From positions 608,001-672,000 of the forward strand of contig CAWETU010000001.1 of the NCBI GenBank assembly GCA_963812135.1: a DNA stretch of 64,000 bases, read 5' to 3'. The first letter of the stretch is position 1. Each line of letters starts with the position of its first letter. Source of the DNA: Vulcanimicrobiota bacterium. GTDB taxonomy: Bacteria; Vulcanimicrobiota; Vulcanimicrobiia; Eremiobacterales; Eremiobacteraceae. The notes beneath the pieces are model-generated. The model was not told the DNA's origin, did not search any database, and was given only the letters and a program-made list of their open reading frames with translations. Below are positions 41,861-52,349 of the stretch, one piece after another. Made by a program: the position numbers and the translations under genes.

Positions 41861-41964
41861 TTGAATCCTCATTCGTGGCAATGATTCCGCAGCCTTCGAC
41901 CCGCAGAACACAAGCTGAAAAACCACCGAGATGCTCAACAATATCTATCGGCGAATTCGGCGTC

Positions 41965-42972
41965 ATGGGAGAGGTAGCGCGCCGGCTGACGAGGTCGCCC
42001 CTCACGGCGGTTCTCACGCTCATGTTCTTGTCCGCGTTCCTGCCCGAAGTCTGCTCCGGAAACACCCCCATCACCCAGTTTTTCATGCCTATGAACTTTG
42101 CGTTCTTGCTGATATTGGGTTACGGTGTGCCGGTGCTGCTCATCCGCGAGCTCGCGGTGCGCCGCCACATGACCATCGCCGGTATCCTCATCGCCGGATT
42201 CGCGTACGGCTTTTACAACGAAGGCCTCCTCGCCAAGACCATGATCCAGACCGGCAATGTGCCGATGTCCGCGTTCAACAACTACGGGGACGTGTTCGGG
42301 ATCGCCGTCCCCTGGGCGCTGGCGATCAGTCTGTTCCACGCGATCGCATCGGTGCTACTCCCAATTCTGATAACGCAAGCGATTTTCAAAAACATCAGCG
42401 ACAAGCCGTGGATCAGCCCGTACCTGGCATTTCCGCTTGCTGCGTTCGTCTCGGTATTCGGCGCTCTCTGGTTCATGGGTCCCTTCCACGAACCAGGCAC
42501 GCGCGTGCAACTTGTCATTTTCCTCATGCGTGCTTCTCGGCGGCGTCGCTATCGCTTCGCGGTTCGCCCAGCGCGCGGAAAACCGGACACGCCGCCGGCA
42601 GGCGTCTTCCCGCTCTTGCTCGGGTTGAGCGTGATACTGCCGTTCATCGGCTTGACGCTCCTCGCCGCGCTCAAGGTGCCGCTGCTGTTGTTCGTCGCCG
42701 CATGGTGTGCACTGCTCGGCACGTACGCCTGGGCCATGACCTCGCGCGGCTGGCAGAATCCGCCCAACATCTTGCTGTTCGGGCTGGGGCTGTACATGGC
42801 GTGGGTTCTCGCGGCCATGATCGTGGGCGTCGGCGCATCCAAAGCCCCTGTTCCGACCTTCATCGCCGGGCTCGCGCTGGAAGCGATCTTCGTCTGGGCA
42901 GCGCTACGGATACAGTCCCTGGGCCAGCGGGATGCATCCGAGCGACCGCTCGAAGCGTATCATCGGACATGA
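41965..42972 (+). CDS. Multi-pass membrane hypothetical protein
   Basis: Many TM helices; PEVCSGNTP and YGFYNEGL motifs; possible compensated frameshifts near 42525-42585. Confidence 0.7.
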   Translation: MGEVARRLTRSPLTAVLTLMFLSAFLPEVCSGNTPITQFFMPMNFAFLLILGYGVPVLLIRELAVRRHMTIAGILIAGFAYGFYNEGLLAKTMIQTGNVPMSAFNNYGDVFGIAVPWALAISLFHAIASVLLPILITQAIFKNISDKPWISPYLAFPLAAFVSVFGALWFMGPFHEPGTRVQLVIFLMRASRRRRYRFAVRPARGKPDTPPAGVFPLLLGLSVILPFIGLTLLAALKVPLLLFVAAWCALLGTYAWAMTSRGWQNPPNILLFGLGLYMAWVLAAMIVGVGASKAPVPTFIAGLALEAIFVWAALRIQSLGQRDASERPLEAYHRT

Positions 42973-43746
42973 TTCAGCGCGTGTACCGGCACCCGCTCGT
43001 CGTGCGCATCACCCACTGGGTGGTCGCGCTCGCGCTGCTCGTGCTCACCATGAGCGGCATGCAGATCTTCAACGCGCATCCCGCGCTCTATGCATCGGAT
43101 GCGTCGACGTTCGCACATCCGGTGCTTTCCATTTACAGCGACACCGACGCCGCAGGCCGCACGGTCGGCAAGTTGCAGATCGGCTCCGTAGTGTTAACGA
43201 CTACCGGTCTACTGGGATGGACGGGCAGACGGCATGGGCGGCGAGGAGCCGCGCGCCTTCCCACCGTGGGCGACCATACCGGCGTATCGCGATCTCGCCG
43301 ACGGCCGCCGCTGGCACATCTTCTTCGCGTGGGTGCTCGGTTTGTGCGCGCTGCTCTATGCGGTGTGGGCGTTCAAACTGATCCCGACCAAGACCGAGAT
43401 CCGCGAGGTGCCCGAAGCCCTCAAAGAACACGCGTTGCCATGGAAAGTCAAGGCGACCCCGGAGTACAACCCGTTGCAGAAGATCGCGTACTTCAGCGTC
43501 GTGTTCGGTCTCGTGCCGCTGGCCATCATCTCAGGATTAGCGCTCTCGCCGTCGTTCGACGCGTGGGCGCCATGGGTGCCGTGGCTGCTGGGCGGCCGCC
43601 AATTCGCGCGCCTCTGGCATTTCATCGCGATGTTCGGCATCATCGGTTTCTTCATCGGCCACTTCATGATGGTCGTGCTGACCGGTTTTTGGAATAACCT
43701 GCGCGCCATGATCACCGGTTGGTTCGCGGTGGAGGAGGCATCATGA
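42969..43746 (+). CDS. Cytochrome b/b6 domain membrane protein (frameshift near 43225)
   Basis: RITHW, SGMQIFNAHP, RRWHIFF, YNPLQK, RLWHF. Confidence 0.85.
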
Positions 43747-44492
43747 ATCTGCGCCGCGGTCGATTTCTCGCGCTGCTTGCCGGCACGGCACTCACGGGCT
43801 GTTCGCGCATCGCGACCTCGCTCAACGACAACCCGCGTTTTCATAGCGCCCTCCAGGCGCCCGAGCGGCTCAACCTGGCGCTGCTCGGCGCCGATCATCC
43901 GCTGGCGCGCGAATATCGCGACAAAGACATCTCGCCAGACTTCCGGCACAACGGCTTCGATCCGCCTTCCGACCCGGCATATCTGCAATGGAGCCGCAAC
44001 GGCTGGCACGGGTACCGGCTTTTCGTGAGCGGCTTGGTCGACAAGCCGACATCGTTCAGCGTCGACGACCTGCGCGCCAAGTTCCCGTCGATCGCGCAGA
44101 CCACGCGTCACGATTGCGTCGAGGGCTGGAGCGTCATCGGCAAGTGGCGCGGGGTGCGGGTGAGCGACGTCCTCGCTGCGGCGCAGCCGCAGCGGGGCGC
44201 CAAATATGTCGTGTTCTATTGCATGGACGATGACGGCAGCGGCACCAAATATTACGAGTCGCTCGACATGCGCCAGGCCGCGCATCCCCAAGCGCTGCTC
44301 GCCTACGATCTGAACGATCAGCCAGTGCCGCTCAAGAACGGCGCACCGATCCGCCTCAAAGTGCCGACACAGCTCGGCTATAAGAGCGCCAAGCACGTCA
44401 ACAAGATCGAGTTAGTCGCCGCGCTGGGCGGCGACAACGGCAGCGGCGGGTACTGGGAAGACCGCGGCTACGAGTGGTTCGCGGGGATCTAG
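43743..44492 (+). CDS. Molybdopterin oxidoreductase (sulfite oxidase/MsrP-like), Tat-exported
   Basis: RRGRFL signal, HDCVEGWS, NGAPIRL, LGYKSAK. Confidence 0.9.
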   Translation: MNLRRGRFLALLAGTALTGCSRIATSLNDNPRFHSALQAPERLNLALLGADHPLAREYRDKDISPDFRHNGFDPPSDPAYLQWSRNGWHGYRLFVSGLVDKPTSFSVDDLRAKFPSIAQTTRHDCVEGWSVIGKWRGVRVSDVLAAAQPQRGAKYVVFYCMDDDGSGTKYYESLDMRQAAHPQALLAYDLNDQPVPLKNGAPIRLKVPTQLGYKSAKHVNKIELVAALGGDNGSGGYWEDRGYEWFAGI

Positions 44493-44508
44493 CCGCCCCG
44501 CGCAGCGC

Positions 44509-45021
44509 TTAGCCGCGCTCGCCGATTAGCTGTTTGACGGTCGAGTCCACCACCTCGTCCTGGGAATCGCCGACCACGGTCTTGCGCAGCACGCCGTGGC
44601 GGTCGAAGATCAGCTGCGTCGGCCACGCGCTGATGCCGTACGAATTCCAGATCGCGAAGTCGTTGTCGATGGCCACCGGCCAGACGACGCCCTGCTCGCC
44701 GAACGAGGCGATCAGCGCTTTGCGATTGTGCTCGAACGAGGTCTCCGGGCTATGGACGCTGAGGATGACGAGGTCCTTGCGCGGCACGTCTTTATAGAGC
44801 GCGCGCAGGTTGGGCTCGACGTTCTTGCAGTTGTAGCATTCGAAGGTGTAAAAATCGAGCACGACGACCTTGCCGCGCACGTCGGCCGCCGTCGGCCTGC
44901 CGTTGAGCCAATCGGGTGCGGCGAACACCCGATCCAGCGTCACGCCGCCGTTGGTGGTCGCCGCGTGCGCCGCGCAGCTGAACAGCGCCAATGCAGCGAC
45001 GACAGGTGCAAGCACTTTCAC
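44509..45021 (-). CDS. Secreted redoxin (DipZ/TlpA-like)
   Basis: DFYTFECYNC, VHSPE, AWPT. Confidence 0.85.
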   Translation of the reverse strand: MKVLAPVVAALALFSCAAHAATTNGGVTLDRVFAAPDWLNGRPTAADVRGKVVVLDFYTFECYNCKNVEPNLRALYKDVPRKDLVILSVHSPETSFEHNRKALIASFGEQGVVWPVAIDNDFAIWNSYGISAWPTQLIFDRHGVLRKTVVGDSQDEVVDSTVKQLIGERG

Positions 45022-45084
45022 GGTTTTCTCCCCCGTTTGCCCTGTTGTTAGGATACTACGCGTCGCTCGCTGAAACGGATGTAG

Positions 45085-45894
45085 ATGTTCGCAGGCTTCC
45101 AGACCGGCGCGACCTATGTCGGCGGTGGGCGCGTCTTGCTCAAGACGCGCAACGGCTTCAAGATGTACGTGGATTCGCGCGATATCTCGATCGCCCCGCA
45201 CCTCATCCTCGACGGCGTCTGGGAGGAGTGGACGGAGGCGGTGCTGCGCCAGCTGGTCGCGCCCGGGATGCACGTCCTGGAGGCGGGCGCCAACGTCGGC
45301 TATTTCACGCTGGTGATGGCGCGCGCCGCGGGGCCCTCGGGGCAAGTCCATTCCTTCGAATGCGATCCTGGGCTTGCGATGCTGGCGCGCGACAACATCG
45401 AGATCAACGGCTTGCATCGGACGGCGCGCGTCGTCGAAAAGGCGGTCGGCGAGCGTCCGGGCCGCGTCACGTTTTACGGCACGGATCGTCATCGCGGCGG
45501 GGGCTCGATCGTCCAAGGGCTCGAGCAGATCCCGCACAATCCGACCGATCAGCGCAGCGCGCTCGACGTCGAGATGACGAGCATCGACGCGTACGTGCAA
45601 GAAACCGGAGTCCAGCTCGACGTGCTCAAGCTCGATGCCGAAGGAGCGGAGCCCGCGATTTTACGCGGCGCGAGCGCGTTGCTCGCCTCGACGCGACCGC
45701 TCACGATCGTCATGGAATTTTTCCCGCGTTTCGTGAGAGAAGCCGGCGACGATCCGGCCGCGCTGCTGCGCTCGCTCCAGGAACGGCGCTTCGAGCTAGG
45801 GGTCATCGACGAGCGCCAGCGCCGCATTGTTCCCGCCACCGCAGAGGCCTTGCTGGCGCGCGAGAGCGCGGAACTGGTGCTGCGGCGCTCTTGA
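45085..45894 (+). CDS. FkbM family methyltransferase
   Basis: EAGANVGY, LKLDAEGAE. Confidence 0.88.
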   Translation: MFAGFQTGATYVGGGRVLLKTRNGFKMYVDSRDISIAPHLILDGVWEEWTEAVLRQLVAPGMHVLEAGANVGYFTLVMARAAGPSGQVHSFECDPGLAMLARDNIEINGLHRTARVVEKAVGERPGRVTFYGTDRHRGGGSIVQGLEQIPHNPTDQRSALDVEMTSIDAYVQETGVQLDVLKLDAEGAEPAILRGASALLASTRPLTIVMEFFPRFVREAGDDPAALLRSLQERRFELGVIDERQRRIVPATAEALLARESAELVLRRS

Positions 45895-46022
45895 CCCGCG
45901 TTCGTTGGAAACGTATCGAGGGCTCTTGACGCGACAGGGCTCCCGAGGGATTTGCTTTTCGGGTGAGCGTCGCCCCTTGTCTGCCGGTGGTTAGCTACCT
46001 ATTCTATATGTGTAGTTACTAC

Positions 46023-46051
46023 TTGAAAAGCTCTATCCGTAGAGCTATAAT
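46023..46051 (+). promoter_or_regulatory. TA operon promoter with operator palindrome
   Basis: TTGAAA-17 bp-TATAAT; AGCTCTA-tccg-TAGAGCT at 46029-46046 fills the spacer. Confidence 0.75.
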
Positions 46052-46084
46052 ATACACCAGGAGAGCCGAAAAGCGAGGAGAGAG

Positions 46085-46498
46085 ATGCCAACCGCAACGA
46101 TGGCGAAGCGTCAAGCCGCAATCGCGTACGAGCCGGAACTGGCTGGCCCCGGCCTGCGGACGTTCGTGAACATCGCGAAGCGCTGGGGCCTGTCTGTGAA
46201 GGAACAGTTGGTCCTGCTCGGATTGATCTCAGAATCAACGTATTACAAGTGGAAGAACGAGGCCAATCCGCCGCTTGCGCGCGACACATTGGAGCGCATC
46301 TCGTACATCCTCGGGATATATGCCGCTCTGCAAATCCTGCTCCCCGACGAATCAGCGGCCGATGCGTGGGTAAAGCGGCCTAACGCCGCGCCCATGTTCG
46401 GCGGCAAGTCCGCACTGGATGTGATGCTCGCAGGCAACGTTGGAGATCTTTACCGCGTGCGCCAATACCTCGACGCGCAACGCGGCGGCTGGGCGTGA
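46085..46498 (+). CDS. Xre/MbcA/ParS family antitoxin
   Basis: HTH N-terminus; ERISYILGIY..L, WVKRPN, VRQYLDAQRG. Confidence 0.9.
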   Translation: MPTATMAKRQAAIAYEPELAGPGLRTFVNIAKRWGLSVKEQLVLLGLISESTYYKWKNEANPPLARDTLERISYILGIYAALQILLPDESAADAWVKRPNAAPMFGGKSALDVMLAGNVGDLYRVRQYLDAQRGGWA

Positions 46499-47208
46499 GC
46501 CCTTCCCGCGGGCAGATACAAGCGCGCCGGTTGTTGTGGCAGACGGCGTGTCGCATCATCCCTAGCCGCTATCCCTCCGTCTCGCTTTTCGATCGCGTCG
46601 CGAATCCAGCCGACCTGGAAGCCAATCTCAAGCTTGAGGCAAAGACGAACGCTCGGATCCGGGATGAGGTCGGCGACCTCACACTCGTGCCAGTCCACGA
46701 GCGCATCAGCGGACCGAATACCTCGGTCATCATGGCGTCCTTCACGCACCTCAATCCAGATGGAAGTCGGTTCAGCGACGGTTCGTACGGTGTTTTCTAC
46801 GCCTCGCGCGTCCGGCGAACGGCGATCGCTGAAACGATGCATCATAGTTCGCTTTTCATGCTCGCGACAAACCAGCCGTCCACGGAGCTTGATATGCGTC
46901 TTTATCACGTGAGGGTAGCCGGAGAGCTGCACGACCTACGCGGCCTACAAAAGTCTTTCGCAGCAGAATACTCACCTTCAAGCTACGTCGCTTCGCAGGC
47001 GCTTGGGAGACGGCTGCGCACGCAGCATTCTACCGGCATCTGCTGGGATAGCGTCCGCCATAGCGGGGGACAATGCGTCGCCGTATTCCGACCAAGAGCA
47101 CTCTCAAATTGCGTTGCGGTTGCGCACCTCTGCTACGTGTGGGACGGCTCAACGTTCACGGGCCACTATCAAAAGGCGGGCTATCGCGAGGACGTCGACT
47201 CGGAATAG
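46495..47208 (+). CDS. RES domain toxin (NAD+ phosphorylase family)
   Basis: RIIPSRYP, SRFSDGSYGVFYA, AET, DSVRH; overlaps antitoxin stop. Confidence 0.9.
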   Translation: MSPSRGQIQARRLLWQTACRIIPSRYPSVSLFDRVANPADLEANLKLEAKTNARIRDEVGDLTLVPVHERISGPNTSVIMASFTHLNPDGSRFSDGSYGVFYASRVRRTAIAETMHHSSLFMLATNQPSTELDMRLYHVRVAGELHDLRGLQKSFAAEYSPSSYVASQALGRRLRTQHSTGICWDSVRHSGGQCVAVFRPRALSNCVAVAHLCYVWDGSTFTGHYQKAGYREDVDSE

Positions 47209-47222
47209 TTTTCGCTGACCGC

Positions 47223-47906
47223 TTAGAGCCGCACAAAAGGGGCTAGGCGGTCGAATTTGGACGGCCCGATGCCGGGCACGTTCTGCAGATCATCGACCGT
47301 TTGAAAAGGACCGTACTGCTGGCGGTAGTCGACGATGCGCTGGGCCAAGCTCGGTCCGACGCCGGGAAGCTGCACGAGCTCGTCAACCGTCGCTGTGTTG
47401 ACATCGAGCGTCTGCCCTGGGGCAAGTTTGTGCGAACTGCGAGAGCCGCCATGCGAATGCCGTCCGCGGCGGTGGGCGCCCGCAGACGGTGCGTCGCTCG
47501 GGCCGTACGGCGCAGCCGCATACTGGTCCGGCGCGAGTACTTGGCCTTTGCGAGGGACCATGACTTTCATCGCGTCGCTCAACGGCTGCGCGAGATTGAT
47601 CTGTTCGACGTCGGCCTCAGGCAATGGGCCACCCGCCTGCTGTAATGCGTCGACCACGCGCGAACCCGGCGCGAACGAGTACACGCCCGGGCGCTTCACG
47701 GCGCCGCAGACGTAGACGGCGATTTCAGAAGGCGCCGCAGATGCGGTCGCCGGCGTGCTCGTGGATTGCGGAGGCACGGTCGCATCGGTTGAGACCGTCG
47801 CGGCGCGCGTCGGCCCGGCTGGACGCGGCAGCAGCAGCCCCGCGCCGAGCAGAACGATGGCGCCGCCGATCGCGATCCAGCGTTTGTCGAATTGCATCGC
47901 AGTCAC
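47223..47906 (-). CDS. comEA: Competence DNA receptor ComEA
   Basis: TM helix, SLBB domain (VCGAVKRPGVY), HhH (LPGVGPSLAQRIVDYR). Confidence 0.9.
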   Translation of the reverse strand: MTAMQFDKRWIAIGGAIVLLGAGLLLPRPAGPTRAATVSTDATVPPQSTSTPATASAAPSEIAVYVCGAVKRPGVYSFAPGSRVVDALQQAGGPLPEADVEQINLAQPLSDAMKVMVPRKGQVLAPDQYAAAPYGPSDAPSAGAHRRGRHSHGGSRSSHKLAPGQTLDVNTATVDELVQLPGVGPSLAQRIVDYRQQYGPFQTVDDLQNVPGIGPSKFDRLAPFVRL

Positions 47907-47979
47907 GCCGCTTCAATCACCCGCGAACGCGCGCGCGTCAAGGGCTTACGAGCGGCGCCATGGTACAATACCAGTGATA

Positions 47980-50463
47980 ATGACATCGCATATTGCGCCA
48001 TACGAACCGCAAACCGTGGAGCCGAAATGGCAGCGCCGCTGGGAAGAGCGCGGGCAAAACGAGGTCCGCGAAGATCCGTCGCGTCCCAAATTCTATCTGC
48101 TGGAGATGCTGCCGTATCCGAGCGGCGATCTGCACGTCGGCCATGCGCGCAACTACACGCTCGGCGACGTCGTCGCCCGTTACCGGCGCATGCGCGGCTA
48201 TAACGTCATGCATCCGATGGGCTACGATGCCTTTGGCCTGCCCGCCGAAATGGCGGCCATCCAGCGCGGCATCCATCCGGCCGATTGGACCGAGACGAAC
48301 ATCGCGAATTTCCGGCGTCAGTTCCGCGCGCTCGGCGTCGCGATCGATTGGACGCGCGAGATCGACACGTCGTCGCCTGAATACTACCGCTGGACGCAAT
48401 GGCTGTTCTTGCTCATGCACCGGCGCGGGCTCGCATATAAGAAGGAAGCGCCCGTCAATTGGTGCCCGAAGGATCAGACGATCCTCGCCAACGAGCAGGC
48501 GGCCGGCGGCGTGTGCTGGCGCTGCGGCACGCCGGTCGAGCAGCGTCTCGTCAACCAGTGGTTCTTCAAGACGACCCTGTACGCGGATCGTCTGCTCGAG
48601 GGGCTTGATCGTCTGCCCGACTGGCCCGAGCGCATCAAGACGATGCAGCGCAACTGGATCGGTCGAAGCGAAGGTGTCACGTTCGCCTTCGAGCTTCCCG
48701 GCTCGACGTCGTCGATCAGCACGTTCACCACGCGGCTGGACACCGTCTTCGGCGTCACCTTCATCGCGGTCGCGATCGATCATCCGCTGCTGGAGCAACT
48801 GATCGCCGGGCGGCCGGAAGAGACGCGCGTAAGAGAGTTCATCGCGAGCGTCGCCGGCAAGAGCGAGCTCGAACGCACGCAGCTGATGGAAAAGCTCGGC
48901 GTCTTCACCGGCGCGCACGCAAAACATCCGCTCACCGGCGAGCGCGTGCCCGTCTGGGTGACGAACTACGTCGTTTCCACGTACGGCACCGGCGCGGTCA
49001 TGGGCGTGCCCGGTCACGACGAACGCGATTTCGAGTTCGCCCGCAAATACGGCATCGATGTGAAAACGGTCGTCGTGCCTCCGAACCAACCGGATTTCCT
49101 CGCGCGCGAAGCGTCATACGTCGAAGACGGCGTGTTGGTGCGTTCCGCTGCGTTCGACGGGCTCACGAGCGAACAAGCGCGACGCGCGATCGCGGAGGAG
49201 CTGATCGAGCGCGGCATCGGCGAGCCGACGGTCAACTACAAGCTGCGCGACTGGCTCATCTCGCGCCAGCGCTATTGGGGCGCGCCGATCCCGTTCGTCA
49301 ACTGCCCGACGCACGGCTTAGTGCCGGTGCCCGAAGATCAGCTGCCGGTGCTGCTGCCGTACGACGCGCCGTTCACCGGCGCGCAGGGCAATCCGCTCGA
49401 ACACGTGCCGTCATTCGTCAACACCACGTGTCCGCAATGCGGCGGACCGGCGAAACGTGAGACCGACACCATGGACACGTTCATGGACTCGTCGTGGTAT
49501 TTCTTGCGCTACTTAAGCCCCCACGAGGACAAGGCGCCGTTCGACAAAGAGGCGGTCGATTATTGGGCCCCGGTGGACCACTACATCGGCGGCGCCGAAC
49601 ACGCCGTGATGCACTTGATGTACGCGCGCTTCTTCTATAAGGTTCTCCACGACGCCGGCATGGTTCCCAAGGATGAGCCGTTCACGCGGCTCTTCAACCA
49701 AGGCCTCGTGCTCGGCGCGAACAATGAGCGCATGAGCAAGTCGCGCGGCAACGTCGTCGGCATCGACGAGACTGCGGATCGCTACGGCGTCGATGCGCTG
49801 CGGCTCTTCGAGATGTTCGCAGGCCCGCCGGAGACCGACTTCCCGTGGTCCACCACCGGCATCGCCGGCGCGACGCGGACCCTCAACCGAGTGTGGCGCC
49901 TGGTGCTCACGCACGCCAACGCGTTGCGACACACGCCGCAGGGCGGCGCGAAAAATGGCGGCGCCGACGCGGAGCTGCGCTACAGCGTGCATTCGAAGAT
50001 CAAGCAGGTGACCGAAGAGATCGGCGACCGCATGCACGTCAACACGAGCGTGGCCGCCATCATGACGCTGCTCAACGATCTCGAAGCGTTCACTGCAACG
50101 CACGAGAACGCGTCGACATCGGCGGCGTTCGCCGAAGGTCTGCGCGCGCTGCTGCTGATGTTGGCGCCGTTCGCGCCGCACATCACCGAGGAGCTATGGG
50201 AGCGCACCGGCCACAACTCGAGCATCCATCTGGAGGCATGGCCGGCCTACGACGACGCCGCGTTGGCGCGTTCGGTGATCCCGTTCGTGATCCAAGTGAA
50301 CGGCAAACACCGCGGCACGGTCGAGGCCCCGCCGGGCTCAGGTGAAGACGCGGTGTTCGACAAAGCGAAAGGCGTGGCGACGGTGAGCGCGCAACTCGAG
50401 GGCAAGACCGTTCGCAAGAAAGTGTTCGTACCGGACAAGCTGCTCAATATCGTCGTGAGCTGA
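47980..50463 (+). CDS. leuS: Leucine--tRNA ligase
   Basis: PYPSGDLHVGH, GTGAVMGVP, RMSKS. Confidence 0.97.
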   Translation: MTSHIAPYEPQTVEPKWQRRWEERGQNEVREDPSRPKFYLLEMLPYPSGDLHVGHARNYTLGDVVARYRRMRGYNVMHPMGYDAFGLPAEMAAIQRGIHPADWTETNIANFRRQFRALGVAIDWTREIDTSSPEYYRWTQWLFLLMHRRGLAYKKEAPVNWCPKDQTILANEQAAGGVCWRCGTPVEQRLVNQWFFKTTLYADRLLEGLDRLPDWPERIKTMQRNWIGRSEGVTFAFELPGSTSSISTFTTRLDTVFGVTFIAVAIDHPLLEQLIAGRPEETRVREFIASVAGKSELERTQLMEKLGVFTGAHAKHPLTGERVPVWVTNYVVSTYGTGAVMGVPGHDERDFEFARKYGIDVKTVVVPPNQPDFLAREASYVEDGVLVRSAAFDGLTSEQARRAIAEELIERGIGEPTVNYKLRDWLISRQRYWGAPIPFVNCPTHGLVPVPEDQLPVLLPYDAPFTGAQGNPLEHVPSFVNTTCPQCGGPAKRETDTMDTFMDSSWYFLRYLSPHEDKAPFDKEAVDYWAPVDHYIGGAEHAVMHLMYARFFYKVLHDAGMVPKDEPFTRLFNQGLVLGANNERMSKSRGNVVGIDETADRYGVDALRLFEMFAGPPETDFPWSTTGIAGATRTLNRVWRLVLTHANALRHTPQGGAKNGGADAELRYSVHSKIKQVTEEIGDRMHVNTSVAAIMTLLNDLEAFTATHENASTSAAFAEGLRALLLMLAPFAPHITEELWERTGHNSSIHLEAWPAYDDAALARSVIPFVIQVNGKHRGTVEAPPGSGEDAVFDKAKGVATVSAQLEGKTVRKKVFVPDKLLNIVVS

Positions 50464-50466
50464 CAC

Positions 50467-51405
50467 GTGCGCCTGAATTGGCTGCTCCTTGTGTTGTTCG
50501 CGCTGGCCGCGGTTCCGGCGTTGTCGTACGCGGATTCGAGCGGCGTGGCCTTCGACCGGATTCAGTGGCATGCTCCCAATGCGAGTCCTCTCGCCGTCGG
50601 ATCGTTTGCGGCGGATCGAGCAGCGCTCATCAAGCTGATCAAACCGACCGACATCTATCCGCAACCGACCGAGGGACTCTTGGGCAACCTTCCCGCCGCA
50701 AGTGACCCAAGGCAACCTGAGTTCGTCAGCCTGTATCGTTTCTCGTACCTCGGAGACTGGATGCGCGTTGACGACCCTATCGCAATGACGGCCGTCATCA
50801 AGCGGCCGGACCTACATGAGCTGATCTTTCTCAACCTGTTCAAACGGACGTACCGCATCGTCAACGTGCCGGCGTCTTCGAACCCGTCCATGCAAACAAA
50901 CCCGCCGGCGCAAACGAACCCGACGGCAAGCGAGGCTGACGCCAACTACGAGATCCGCGGATCCGGTGAGACCACCGGCCCGACGGTCATCGATGGGGTG
51001 TCTGCGATCGGCTACGGCGGCACCATCGCGATCGCAAACCGCCATGAGACAAGGGAGTGTCCAAACGGCTTTGGCACGATGAGGTGGACGCAGTTCCGCG
51101 CCAGCGTTTACGATGCGCCGTTTCCCGTGTCGCTACCGACGCTGCCGCCGCTGGAGAATTCGTGCACGGTCGCAGTGTCGCCGGAGAGCTATTCGGTTGA
51201 TCCGAGCATCCTAAGCAAGGTCGTGATGTACCGAAGCCTCGTCTTTGATGCACCGAGCCCCGGATATGTGCGCGCGGTGCAGGTCATGATCGGCCAGTCC
51301 AGACTCCCATACGCCCGAGTCGAGGAAAGTGGAAATATCGCACGTCTCGGCTCAGCGGACAAGGCTCTTTTCGACATCCCCGCGGGTTTCACGCCCGGGC
51401 AGTGA
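50467..51405 (+). CDS. Secreted hypothetical protein
   Basis: Signal peptide; C-terminal LFDIPAGF. Confidence 0.7.
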   Translation: MRLNWLLLVLFALAAVPALSYADSSGVAFDRIQWHAPNASPLAVGSFAADRAALIKLIKPTDIYPQPTEGLLGNLPAASDPRQPEFVSLYRFSYLGDWMRVDDPIAMTAVIKRPDLHELIFLNLFKRTYRIVNVPASSNPSMQTNPPAQTNPTASEADANYEIRGSGETTGPTVIDGVSAIGYGGTIAIANRHETRECPNGFGTMRWTQFRASVYDAPFPVSLPTLPPLENSCTVAVSPESYSVDPSILSKVVMYRSLVFDAPSPGYVRAVQVMIGQSRLPYARVEESGNIARLGSADKALFDIPAGFTPGQ

Positions 51406-51409
51406 CCGA

Positions 51410-52339
51410 CTAACTCGCCTTTGACCTGAAGAAGTCGATCGTCGACGCGATTCCCTCTTTTAGGCTGACGGCAGGCTCCCAGCCGAGGACCGTCTTCGCT
51501 TTTTCAATCTCGAACACGCAGGTCCGGATGTCGCCGGCCCGTTTCGGCGCGGGCTGGACGGGCACGTCGCGCCCGACGACGCCGGCGATCGCCGCATGCA
51601 GTTGGTTGACGGAGGTGCCAATGCCGTTGCCGATGTTGATCGCTTCGCCATCGGCAGCCGTCAGCGCGGCGATGTTGGCGCGGGCGATGTCGCCGACGTA
51701 GACGTAGTCCTTTTGCTGCTCGCCATCCCAGTCGATGCGGATCGGCTTGCCGGCGAGGATACGCGACGCGAAGATCGCGATGACGCCCGCTTCGCCGCTC
51801 GGGTCTTGACGCGGTCCGTAGACGTTGCCGTAGCGCAGCGCGGTGTACGCGGGTCCACCGGCGGAAGCGAAATACCGCAGGTAGTGCTCGCCGACCATTT
51901 TCGTGATGCCATAGGGCGATTCGGGGCGCTGCGGGTGTGCCTCATCGATGGGCATGTACATCGGCGTGCCATAGGTGGCGGCTGACGAAGCGTAAATGAT
52001 CTTGCGCGCGCCCGAGTCCACGCTGCGCTGCACGACGTTGATCAGGCCGCGGACGTTGACATCCGCATCGTAGAGCGGATCCTTCGCGGACAACGCCACG
52101 CTGTGCTGTGCGGCGTGATGGCTGACCAGCTCCGGTTTGAACGAGGCGAAGATGTCCGCCAGGCTGGGGTCGCGGATGTCGCGCAGGAAGAATTGGGCGT
52201 TTGGATTGAGGTTTGCGCGCGTGCCGCCGCCGTGTTCCCACAGGCTGTCGATCACGCCGACATCATGCCCGGCGGCCACGAGCGCATCGACGATATGCGA
52301 GCCGATGAAGCCCGCGCCACCGGTGACGAGGATGCGCAA
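51410..52339 (-). CDS. NAD-dependent epimerase/dehydratase (GalE-like)
   Basis: TGGAGFIG, YGITK, LRYGNVYGPRQ. Confidence 0.9.
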   Translation of the reverse strand: MRILVTGGAGFIGSHIVDALVAAGHDVGVIDSLWEHGGGTRANLNPNAQFFLRDIRDPSLADIFASFKPELVSHHAAQHSVALSAKDPLYDADVNVRGLINVVQRSVDSGARKIIYASSAATYGTPMYMPIDEAHPQRPESPYGITKMVGEHYLRYFASAGGPAYTALRYGNVYGPRQDPSGEAGVIAIFASRILAGKPIRIDWDGEQQKDYVYVGDIARANIAALTAADGEAINIGNGIGTSVNQLHAAIAGVVGRDVPVQPAPKRAGDIRTCVFEIEKAKTVLGWEPAVSLKEGIASTIDFFRSKAS

Positions 52340-52349
52340 AAGGGTGCGC

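Noticed and set aside
45933..45981. Imperfect stem-loop upstream of the TA promoter
   Set aside because: Bulged and GC-rich with no U-tract or recognisable motif; could be chance
47247..47262. Further REP-like copy (GCGGTCGAATTT) in comEA
   Set aside because: Only half matches, with no palindromic arm; explained by the SKFDRL codons
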